Positions 28,506 through 36,354 of a stretch of DNA of 64,000 bases are shown here, in pieces. The notes beneath the pieces are model-generated. The model saw only the letters and a list, made by a program, of their open reading frames with translations, made no database searches and was not told the DNA's origin. Source of the DNA: a virus; IMG/VR virus record IMGVR_UViG_3300020810_000992, positions 21,300-85,299 of that record. One strand, 5' to 3'. The position numbers were made by a program, and so were the translations under genes. Each line of letters starts with the position of its first letter. Position 1 is the first letter of the stretch.

Positions 28506-28850
28506 ATGAAAACTACATTAAAAGGATCCTTAGGATTAGTACACATAATGACTGACTTAACTGAAAAAGGTTATGAAGTCTTTACTCCACTTAGTGAGCA
28601 TTCAACAGTTGATTTGATTGCTTACAAAGATTATAAGTGCGAACGCATTCAAGTTAAGTATAGAGAACCATATCGTAACAGAGTAGAGGTTCCTATGCAC
28701 ACAGTACAAAATGGTAAGAAAGCGCCATATGATACTAAAGAAATTGACTTGTTTGCAGTTTATTGTCCAAGTTGGGGCATTAAATATGTTCCACCAAAAG
28801 AAGACGGTAAAGGCTACTTTCTAAAAGAAGCAGACTTTACTAACGAATAG
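28506..28850 (+). CDS. PD-(D/E)XK endonuclease, I-Ssp6803I-like (free-standing homing endonuclease candidate)
   Basis: KGSLG..DLTEKGYEVFTP..VDLIA..RIQVKY..Y....IDLFAVY; stop codon overlaps first base of tRNA-Ser. Confidence 0.75.
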   Translation: MKTTLKGSLGLVHIMTDLTEKGYEVFTPLSEHSTVDLIAYKDYKCERIQVKYREPYRNRVEVPMHTVQNGKKAPYDTKEIDLFAVYCPSWGIKYVPPKEDGKGYFLKEADFTNE

Positions 28851-28939
28851 GAAGATTGGCCGAGTGGTTTAAGGCGGGGGATTACTAATCCCTTGTACGT
28901 GAGAGCGTACCGTGGGTTCGAATCCTACATCTTCCGCCA
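28850..28939 (+). tRNA. tRNA-Ser(ACT)
   Basis: Acceptor GGAAGAT/ATCTTCC, G73, CCA; anticodon loop TT-ACT-AA (28884-28886); long variable arm. Confidence 0.9.
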
Positions 28940-28940
28940 A

Positions 28941-29014
28941 GCGGGTATTGTGTAATGGTAAGACCTCAGATTTCCAATCTGATGATAGGAGTTCGATTCT
29001 CCTTACCCGCTCCA
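28941..29014 (+). tRNA. tRNA-Gly(TCC)
   Basis: GCGGGTA/TACCCGC, loop TT-TCC-AA, U73, CCA. Confidence 0.93.
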
Positions 29015-29034
29015 ACAACAACTAAGGAGGACTT

Positions 29035-29229
29035 ATGTTCTTTGGAGTAGCTCTAATCATGGCTTTGTTCGTCCATGACAATAAAGAGTTTTTCGACACA
29101 GTCGAACAGAACAGAAAAGACGGAATGTCTTGGCATTATGTAGGCAAGCAGGAACCAGATAATAATCCTGCTATTACAGTCAAAGACTTTCAAAACAAAG
29201 ATGTAATTTTTTGGAAGATGGATAAGTAG
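29035..29229 (+). CDS. small hypothetical protein
   Basis: AAGGAGG SD; hydrophobic N-terminus. Confidence 0.6.
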   Translation: MFFGVALIMALFVHDNKEFFDTVEQNRKDGMSWHYVGKQEPDNNPAITVKDFQNKDVIFWKMDK

Positions 29230-29236
29230 AATGTTA

Positions 29237-29312
29237 GCCGGCGTGGCACAGTTGGTAGCGCAAGGGTTTTGTAAACCTTAGGTCGGGAGTTCGAGTCTCT
29301 CCGCCGGCACCA
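29237..29312 (+). tRNA. tRNA-Thr(TGT)
   Basis: GCCGGCG/CGCCGGC, loop TT-TGT-AA, ACCA end. Confidence 0.93.
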
Positions 29313-29332
29313 TTTAACTTATCCAAAATAGA

Positions 29333-29361
29333 TTGACAACGATAAATAAAGATAGTATAGT
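29333..29361 (+). promoter_or_regulatory. sigma70-type promoter of leader/tRNA-Trp/tRNA-Cys unit
   Basis: TTGACA-N17-TATAGT. Confidence 0.8.
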
Positions 29362-29393
29362 ATACACATACTAAAGAAACAAGGAATAGATAA

Positions 29394-29462
29394 GTGTTAA
29401 GAACATCACAACAGTCATCATTACAGTGCTGGTGCCCTTCAAAAGGAAGGGGTATGTCTTAA
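29394..29462 (+). CDS. putative attenuator leader peptide, 22 aa, with Cys-Trp-Cys control codons
   Basis: AAGGA SD 29381-29385, GTG start, MLRTSQQSSLQCWCPSKGRGMS; TGC-TGG-TGC at 29427-29435. Confidence 0.75.
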   Translation: MLRTSQQSSLQCWCPSKGRGMS

Positions 29463-29491
29463 CGCGACTTTGTAAAAAGTTTATTTTAGAC

Positions 29492-29527
29492 AAGCCCCTA
29501 GCACTAATAATGTTAGGGGCTTTTTTT
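29492..29527 (+). terminator. intrinsic terminator (attenuator 3:4 hairpin)
   Basis: GCCCCTAGCA-N7-TGTTAGGGGC followed by T7. Confidence 0.9.
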
Positions 29528-29537
29528 ATGAGTTTTT

Positions 29538-29621
29538 GTCGGGTCGGTACAGTTGGAGTGGTACACTGGTCTCCAAAACCAGGACGAGAGTCAGGGGGTT
29601 CGAATCCCTCACCCGATGCCA
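29538..29621 (+). tRNA. tRNA-Trp(CCA), atypical
   Basis: GTCGGGT/ACCCGAT, G73, CCA; loop CT-CCA-AA; C at position 8; 11-nt variable region. Confidence 0.85.
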
Positions 29622-29626
29622 AATAT

Positions 29627-29701
29627 GTGAGCGTGGCGGAATGGTTACGTACCGGATTGCAAATCCGTGTAATGCAGGTTCGAGTCCTGTCGCTCACTCC
29701 A
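29627..29701 (+). tRNA. tRNA-Cys(GCA)
   Basis: GTGAGCG/CGCTCAC, loop TT-GCA-AA, U73, CCA. Confidence 0.92.
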
Positions 29702-29720
29702 ATTATAAAGGATAGGAATA

Positions 29721-30038
29721 TTGCAAAAACGAGGCGAATTTAATTTAACTGCAACACTGTACGACAAGCGAGGGCGTATTCTCGCTGTAGGCACAAACAG
29801 TTATTCAAAGAGTCATCCTTTGCAAGGTAAGTTTGCTGTTGAAGCAGGAAAGCCTGATGCAATATTCCTACATGCAGAAATTGATGCACTACGTAGATGT
29901 AAGGACTGGTCGTCGATTAGAAAGATTGTAATTGAGCGTTATGATATAAACGGTAATCCAAAACTTGCAAAACCATGTAAAGTGTGTCAACATGCAATTG
30001 AAAGCATAGGTATTCCAGAAATTGAATATACTGAGTAA
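29721..30038 (+). CDS. zinc-dependent deaminase (cytidine deaminase/TadA-like fold)
   Basis: LHAEIDAL and KPCKVC zinc motifs; TTG start after AGGA. Confidence 0.8.
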   Translation: MQKRGEFNLTATLYDKRGRILAVGTNSYSKSHPLQGKFAVEAGKPDAIFLHAEIDALRRCKDWSSIRKIVIERYDINGNPKLAKPCKVCQHAIESIGIPEIEYTE

Positions 30039-30112
30039 ATTCTAAATACAAATCAGGTTGACAATCTTAACTAATGGTGCTACACTATATAAAATAAACA
30101 AGTGAGGCAAAT

Positions 30113-31420
30113 ATGAGAACACAACCACAAGATATTATCGCAAAGCTAGAAGCTGATAACAGTAAGTTAGCTAAACAAGCAATCTTACAAGAAGCACTTG
30201 ACGAAGGTGTTCCAGAGTTTTTTGAAGGCATTAAACTAGCACTTGATCCACTTGTAACATTTGGTGTTAAGAAAGTTCCAGAGCGTACAGACGTACTTAC
30301 AGGACAAGGATTGGATTGGAATTCATTCAAATATCTTGCTAATCAACTTATCAACCGTGAACTAACAGGACATGCGGCACGTGATGCTATTGAACTAGCA
30401 ATGAGCGTTGCAACTACAGAACAATGGAATGGATTTTATAGACGTATCTTAATCAAAGACCTACGTTGCGGTGTAAGTGAAAAGACTGTTAACAAAGTAG
30501 TGCCAGGTTGTGTTCCTGTGTTCACTTGTGCTCTTGCACACGACTCAGCTAACCATGAAAAGAAAATGGTTGGTAAGAAACAGATTGAAATCAAACTAGA
30601 CGGTGTTCGTGTACTAGCAGTATGTCGTGATGGCAAAGTAGAATTGTTTAGTCGTAACGGCAAACAGTTTCATAACTTCCCTCATATTATTGCAGAGATT
30701 GAAGAAGTATTAGCAACTAAGCCTGCACCATATGACTGTGTGCTAGACGGTGAAGTAATGAGTGCTAACTTTCAAGATCTAATGAAGCAGGTACATCGTA
30801 AAGATAATGTACAAAGTGAAGATGCTGTTCTACACTTGTTTGATTTTATTCCACTAGAAGATTTCCAAAAAGGTGTATGGAATAAGCCACAAACTTATCG
30901 TAGTAACTTAGTCAAGTATTGGGTACTAGAAAATGAAAGCGTTTTAAAGCACGTACAAGCGTTGGACTGGGAAGAGGTAGACCTTAGTACTCCCGAAGGT
31001 GAACAACGCTTTGTAGAGCTTAATAAAGCGGCTGTAGACGGTGGTTACGAAGGTGTAATGATCAAAGACGTTGATGCACCCTATGAGTGCAAGCGGACTC
31101 ATGCTTGGCTCAAAGCCAAACCATTTATTGAAGTAACACTTTCTGTTACAGACGTAGAAGAAGGAACAGGAAGAAATGAAGGACGACTTGGGGCTCTTGT
31201 ATGCGCTGGGCAGGATGACGGGAAAGATATTAGGGTTAATGTCGGCAGTGGCTTTACGGATGATAACAGATCCACTTTTTGGACTGATCGCGATGCTCTG
31301 CTTGGTCAGTTGGTGGAAGTTCGCGCTGACGCAGTAACTCAAAACCAAGACGGTACTTACAGTTTGCGTTTCCCACGCTTTAAAACATTTAGAGGTTTCG
31401 AGGTTGGAGAAAAAATTTAA
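30113..31420 (+). CDS. ATP-dependent DNA ligase
   Basis: KLDGVR, LDGEV, EGVMIK, WLKAK, VGSGF, SLRFPRF; TTGACA-N17-TACACT at 30058-30086. Confidence 0.95.
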   Translation: MRTQPQDIIAKLEADNSKLAKQAILQEALDEGVPEFFEGIKLALDPLVTFGVKKVPERTDVLTGQGLDWNSFKYLANQLINRELTGHAARDAIELAMSVATTEQWNGFYRRILIKDLRCGVSEKTVNKVVPGCVPVFTCALAHDSANHEKKMVGKKQIEIKLDGVRVLAVCRDGKVELFSRNGKQFHNFPHIIAEIEEVLATKPAPYDCVLDGEVMSANFQDLMKQVHRKDNVQSEDAVLHLFDFIPLEDFQKGVWNKPQTYRSNLVKYWVLENESVLKHVQALDWEEVDLSTPEGEQRFVELNKAAVDGGYEGVMIKDVDAPYECKRTHAWLKAKPFIEVTLSVTDVEEGTGRNEGRLGALVCAGQDDGKDIRVNVGSGFTDDNRSTFWTDRDALLGQLVEVRADAVTQNQDGTYSLRFPRFKTFRGFEVGEKI

Positions 31421-31421
31421 G

Positions 31422-32105
31422 ATGGAAATAGAATTTATTTGTGGCGACCAGCATGTTTTAAAATATTTTCCTATTCGACCAGCTAAAGAAGTATTGCCCG
31501 AATGGTACAGTAAATTAAAAGCAAACGACCCTACTATTGCAAAATGTGTGCCTGTAAGAGATATGATTACATCAGGATACATTATTCCTAACGCTTACGA
31601 ACAGGCAGTAGGAGTAGAATTTGATGGTGAAGTTGATCAAGTAGGTAGAATTTATCCCGTAGAACGTATTGGCGAATTTTATACAGTACTAGATCATATG
31701 ACAGACCCAAACGCCGGACATACACATGATCAGTGTCCTGTTGATATAAAAGGTAAGAAAAAAGGTTATTTCAAAATTAATCTTCCTTGGCGTATTAAGA
31801 CTCCAAAAGGTTATAGTTGTTTGTTTGTACAACCGTTTTATCAATTTCAAGATGACATTACTGTTATGCCAGGTATAATTGATACAGACGAATTTGATTT
31901 ATCAATGATTAACTTTCCGTGTTATCTAAATGATGTAGAAGCATTTTTAAAACCTGGACGTCCATTAGTACAAGTTATTCCATTTAAAAGAGATAATTGG
32001 ACACATAGTTTAAAATTTGAAGAGCCTACTAAGTCTAGCAAAATGAATTTTTTCTTACATAATATGTACAAAAGAGCATTTCATAACAAAAAACGATTCG
32101 AATAG
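31422..32105 (+). CDS. hypothetical protein (DUF6065-like)
   Basis: LPEWY, KCVPVRD, PWRIKTPKGYSCLF, PGIIDTD, PLVQVIPFKR. Confidence 0.6.
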   Translation: MEIEFICGDQHVLKYFPIRPAKEVLPEWYSKLKANDPTIAKCVPVRDMITSGYIIPNAYEQAVGVEFDGEVDQVGRIYPVERIGEFYTVLDHMTDPNAGHTHDQCPVDIKGKKKGYFKINLPWRIKTPKGYSCLFVQPFYQFQDDITVMPGIIDTDEFDLSMINFPCYLNDVEAFLKPGRPLVQVIPFKRDNWTHSLKFEEPTKSSKMNFFLHNMYKRAFHNKKRFE

Positions 32106-32173
32106 TCAAATTAGGTTGACTTTTTAATAAGTTACATATATAATAAAGCATTAACAGTTAGGAGACTTATGGC

Positions 32174-33481
32174 ATGGCTACTGCAAAATCAATTTTACAA
32201 AAACCCAAAAAGAAAGTTGTACGTGGAGCTCCACGTATTAGACGAGGGTCAAAAATTTCATCTCCTAGTTGGGAAGGTTGGGAAGAATGGACAGGCGAAC
32301 AGATCCATCGCCATAGAGAATTTTGCCGTGCTTTTTATTATGAAAACTTTAAGCCTGTTGACTTATATCAAGCAATATTTAAGTGGATGGAAACCAGTGG
32401 CGACTACACTAAAGAGCAAGTTAAGCAAGCAAAGTCTGCTCCTAATTATGTACTAAGCGTTACAGCAGGTACTGTCGCACATACATTACTAGATGGTGCT
32501 CCTGACTACAACGAAAAGGAAAACGCATACTGGGAAAGCCTTCCTGGTACAATGGGCAGTAAAAAGCCTGTAAGCGAGTTTTTGAAAAAACGAATTGAAG
32601 AAGCGATTGAAGTAGGTTCAAAAGTTGTAGAAGTTAAGAAGGAAGAAGAAAAAGAAAAGTCCAATGTATATGTTCCTACTATCCAAGAACGTATTAGAGA
32701 ACAAGTTGGACTTCAGATGGAAGCAATCGACGAATGGCTAGATGGGTGGATACGAGACCCAAAGTCGTTTAATCCTAAGGGATTTGACTTTAAAACACAT
32801 TTCCAAAAAATGGCTGTTACACAAGCACATGCTAGAAAAATTGCGGCATTTTTTGATGGAGAAATTGCTGAATATACAGAATTACTAAATCCGCCAACTA
32901 AAGCAAAAATTGCAAAGATGGACGAACATGCTCAAGATATGTTACAGCAACTTAAAGAAGGGTATTCACATTTATCTAAAGATGATGTTAAAAAGATTCT
33001 TGAAGCATTAGAAAATATCCAACAAGCATGTCAACTAGTAGTTGATACTAGCAAAGCAACTCGTAAGACTAGAACACGTAAGCCAAAGAGTGCTGATAAA
33101 CTAGTTGAAAAACTCAAGTATCTTAAGGTTGATAATAAGTTTAGTCTTGCAAGTGTTAATCCTGTAGACGTTGTAGGTGCAAGCGAGCTTTGGGTGTTTA
33201 ATGTTAAAACACGTAAACTAGGCAAGTATGTTGCACAGAATATAGACCCAACAGGTAGTCGTCGTGCAGGAAGTGGGCTTAGTGTAAAAGGTACTACGAT
33301 TATTGGGTTCAATGAAGAATTGAGTGTGCAGAAAACGCTACGTAAGCCTGAAGAAAAAATTAAAGAATTTAAAGGTGCAGGAAAAGTTAAGTTACGTACA
33401 TTTTTAGAGGACATTAACGCTGTAGATATCAAACTCAACGGACGAATTAATACTGATACTATACTTCTCAAGGTAAGTTGA
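32174..33481 (+). CDS. hypothetical phage protein
   Basis: 435 aa; GGAG SD; TTGACT-N17-TATAAT at 32116-32144. Confidence 0.7.
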   Translation: MATAKSILQKPKKKVVRGAPRIRRGSKISSPSWEGWEEWTGEQIHRHREFCRAFYYENFKPVDLYQAIFKWMETSGDYTKEQVKQAKSAPNYVLSVTAGTVAHTLLDGAPDYNEKENAYWESLPGTMGSKKPVSEFLKKRIEEAIEVGSKVVEVKKEEEKEKSNVYVPTIQERIREQVGLQMEAIDEWLDGWIRDPKSFNPKGFDFKTHFQKMAVTQAHARKIAAFFDGEIAEYTELLNPPTKAKIAKMDEHAQDMLQQLKEGYSHLSKDDVKKILEALENIQQACQLVVDTSKATRKTRTRKPKSADKLVEKLKYLKVDNKFSLASVNPVDVVGASELWVFNVKTRKLGKYVAQNIDPTGSRRAGSGLSVKGTTIIGFNEELSVQKTLRKPEEKIKEFKGAGKVKLRTFLEDINAVDIKLNGRINTDTILLKVS

Positions 33482-33492
33482 TAAATACTTAC

Positions 33493-34560
33493 ATGAACCA
33501 GTTAGACAACATCAGAGAAGGTCTCGCACATCTTGGGTCAGCGATCGAGACTATTGCAAACACATCGGCCCCTGAAACTCCGCCTGCAACTGTAAACAGT
33601 ATTAGCGGAAATGCAATTCATGGCGGTAAGATTACTCTGCTACGTAGTACTGGTATTAAAGACCTTGCTTCAAGAACATCATTACTAGTTGAAGACGATC
33701 AAATTACTGTAGGTACTGCCGACATTGATGAAATTGTAGGAGACCTTAATATTGAAGGCTCGTTGACAGTAGGCAGTGAACTTACTGTAAAAAAACTTTG
33801 TGTTGATGAACTTATTTCAACAGAGAAACGCACAACATCAATGGACTTTCAACCACAAAACGGATCATTAGATATGGTCGGAATTCAGTGGAGGAAAGAC
33901 GGAGAAAGTACAAAACAGATTGTTTGGAAAGGTAACGGATTCTATGTTAGTAACGATATTGATTTGCATAGAAAAGCTAAAATCCTAATTGACGATATTC
34001 CTGTACTAAGTGCAGACTCATTAGGTGTTACTATACAAAAAAGTAGTTTAACAGAAGTAGGCACATTAAGCAATTTACGTACAGAAGGCGATGTAAACAT
34101 CGACAACTTTGTACTCTATGATAGCGGAATGATGCGCTTTTCAATCGGGTGCGAAGCACCTAATGGACAACTAAGTGTAGCAAGCAATGAAGCAGAGTTT
34201 GTTGTTGATCCTGAGTTTGATCATGTAAGAGTAGGAACTTATACTACAAGCAAACTAAGTATTATTACAGATAATCAAGACCGTATTATCATTGGACAAA
34301 ACGGTGGTATCGAATTAAAAGGAACTGTAGGTATTAATGTACAGTATCCCGGAACTGATGTTGATTTACAAGTTAATGGTCCTGTAAGAATTCAAGATAA
34401 AAAAATTGGTGTTGCTTCTGAAATTCCTACAACAGGAAACTTCAATAAAGGTGATTTATTATATAACACCAATCCTCAAGCTGGCGGCTGGGTTGGATGG
34501 ATTTGTATTGAGGGTGGCACACCCGGAAGCTGGAAAGCATTTGGAGCGATACAAGAATGA
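33493..34560 (+). CDS. putative virion/tail-associated beta-rich protein
   Basis: Beta-strand repeats; C-terminal GWVGWICIEGGTPGSW; TAAATA just upstream. Confidence 0.55.
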   Translation: MNQLDNIREGLAHLGSAIETIANTSAPETPPATVNSISGNAIHGGKITLLRSTGIKDLASRTSLLVEDDQITVGTADIDEIVGDLNIEGSLTVGSELTVKKLCVDELISTEKRTTSMDFQPQNGSLDMVGIQWRKDGESTKQIVWKGNGFYVSNDIDLHRKAKILIDDIPVLSADSLGVTIQKSSLTEVGTLSNLRTEGDVNIDNFVLYDSGMMRFSIGCEAPNGQLSVASNEAEFVVDPEFDHVRVGTYTTSKLSIITDNQDRIIIGQNGGIELKGTVGINVQYPGTDVDLQVNGPVRIQDKKIGVASEIPTTGNFNKGDLLYNTNPQAGGWVGWICIEGGTPGSWKAFGAIQE

Positions 34561-34964
34561 AACTAGTACACGATATAAATGCACAAGCAGTAGGTTCTAT
34601 TAAAAATGGATTAAATGCATTAAGCAATGCTCTATTAGAAATTAATTCAATTGTAGGTGATTCTACATCACGTATATATGTTGACAACGGTGTGCTACGT
34701 ATTAACGGTATAGCTACACATTCGGAAAAATTAGGTATAGGTGTTAGCAAGGTATCTGATGGAGTATGCCTTGAAACATCTGGTGCTGTTAAATTTCAAG
34801 GAAAGAAATTTGAAGTAGGTAACAGTATTCCTACACACGGAATTTATAATACAGGAGACATTGTATGGCACGATACTCCTAAACCAAATGGTAATGTAGG
34901 ATGGATATGTGTACAAACAGGAGCTCCAGGCCAATGGCAACCATTTGGTAACATTGGAGCCTAG
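34557..34964 (+). CDS. short paralog of preceding gene's C-terminal domain
   Basis: GDIVW..P..GNVGWICVQTGAPGQW. Confidence 0.6.
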   Translation: MKLVHDINAQAVGSIKNGLNALSNALLEINSIVGDSTSRIYVDNGVLRINGIATHSEKLGIGVSKVSDGVCLETSGAVKFQGKKFEVGNSIPTHGIYNTGDIVWHDTPKPNGNVGWICVQTGAPGQWQPFGNIGA

Positions 34965-34966
34965 TA

Positions 34967-35299
34967 TTGTTTAAACATTTTAAAAGGCTTTCCTCATTTT
35001 GGATATGGGTTGGAAGAATTGCGCCAATGGCAATGTTAACAGCTATAGGCATAAGTTATGCATTTGACCTTATTACTCTAATAGATCACTTATTGTTTGC
35101 AACGTTAATTGTTTTTGCAATATTTGCATTTGCATGGTGGTGGTGGACTATGGATACTGTTAAAGCACTTTTTACAATGTTTAGTACTGCAACAGAAAGA
35201 TTTAATGAAGTAATGACAGAGCTTAAAAGTTTAAAGTTGGATGTTAAAGATGCTAATAATAGGCAACGGAACAAGTCGACAGACAGTAAATCTAAATAA
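34967..35299 (+). CDS. membrane protein
   Basis: Two TM helices, WWWW. Confidence 0.55.
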   Translation: MFKHFKRLSSFWIWVGRIAPMAMLTAIGISYAFDLITLIDHLLFATLIVFAIFAFAWWWWTMDTVKALFTMFSTATERFNEVMTELKSLKLDVKDANNRQRNKSTDSKSK

Positions 35300-35819
35300 T
35301 ATTTACGGTACTGAGAAAATCGGATGCAATGCAATCTTTCGAGATGTATATACCGATTATCTAGTTTGCTGTGACAAACGGATGGTAACACAAGCTATTG
35401 CACACGGACATCCCGATATATACACTAGACAACGTTGGGCACACGATTTTAACAGTGACAGTGTACATTCACTTCCAGACTTAATAGAACATGGAAAAGA
35501 ACGAAAGGACGACCCCTTTCATTGGGGTAGCGGTCCATATGCAATATTACTTGGCGCTACTATGGATACTAATATTCAAATAGTTGGATTTGATCTATAC
35601 GGCATAAACGGTAAAGTAAATAATATATACAGTGATACATCAGGATACAGTCCTAGTAACACTACAGCAGTAGACCCAAGCTACTGGGAATACCAAATTT
35701 CAAAAGTATTCAACTGGTTTCCTAATACACACTTCAGAATATATAACACAGAAGATTGGTTACTTCCAAAAAGTTGGAATTTGACTAATGTTTCACTTGA
35801 CAAGTTGAGTAATTTATAA
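35250..35819 (+). CDS. glycosyltransferase-like protein (Maf/GT29-like Rossmann fold)
   Basis: IIGNGTSR, GCNA, DYLVCCD, WGSG, IVGFDL. Confidence 0.55.
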   Translation: MLIIGNGTSRQTVNLNNIYGTEKIGCNAIFRDVYTDYLVCCDKRMVTQAIAHGHPDIYTRQRWAHDFNSDSVHSLPDLIEHGKERKDDPFHWGSGPYAILLGATMDTNIQIVGFDLYGINGKVNNIYSDTSGYSPSNTTAVDPSYWEYQISKVFNWFPNTHFRIYNTEDWLLPKSWNLTNVSLDKLSNL

Positions 35820-35825
35820 TATAAT
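35797..35825 (+). promoter_or_regulatory. sigma70-type promoter of queD
   Basis: TTGACA-N17-TATAAT. Confidence 0.8.
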
Positions 35826-35849
35826 AAGTAGTATTAATAAACAAGGACT

Positions 35850-35893
35850 TGGCGTCAACCCTTCTAATTCTGCCGCCACATATTTAATAGGAG
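35850..35893 (+). promoter_or_regulatory. candidate pseudoknot riboswitch in queD leader
   Basis: TGGCG/CGCCA stem; loop CTTCTA can pair with TAGGAG SD. Confidence 0.4.
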
Positions 35894-35900
35894 AAAATAT

Positions 35901-36350
35901 ATGGCAAGACATCTAAGTACAAAACACTACGGACACAACATTGGCTTATCGGCAGTGTTCCGTCAACCTAACGCAGATCACTCACACTGTCATTTGCTAC
36001 ATGGTTATAGTCTAGCATTTACATTTACATTCGGATGTGATGAACTAGACAATAAAAACTGGGCAGTTGACTTTGGTGGACTAAAACCTTTAAAGGCTTG
36101 GTTAGAAGATAGTTTCGATCACAAAGTAGCAGTTGATGTTAATGATCCTCACATGGATACATTAAAAGATCTTGAAGAAAAGGGTCTAGCAGAACTACGT
36201 ATCTTTGACGGCGTTGGTGCAGAAAAATTTGCAGAACATGCATTTAATTTTGCAGACAAACTAATCCGCGAAAAGACAAACAATCGTTGTTATTGTGTAA
36301 GAGTAGAATGTGCCGAACACGGCGCCAACTCAGCTATCTACGAGGTATAA
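35901..36350 (+). CDS. queD: 6-carboxytetrahydropterin synthase / PTPS family
   Basis: HCHLLHGYS, VDFGGLK, FDHK, AEKFAE, EHGANSA. Confidence 0.88.
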   Translation: MARHLSTKHYGHNIGLSAVFRQPNADHSHCHLLHGYSLAFTFTFGCDELDNKNWAVDFGGLKPLKAWLEDSFDHKVAVDVNDPHMDTLKDLEEKGLAELRIFDGVGAEKFAEHAFNFADKLIREKTNNRCYCVRVECAEHGANSAIYEV

Positions 36351-36354
36351 TCAT

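Noticed and set aside
29371-29743. ORF-track entries 29426..29743 (+) and 29371..29697 (-)
   Set aside because: They run across the terminator and two tRNA genes; spurious frames.
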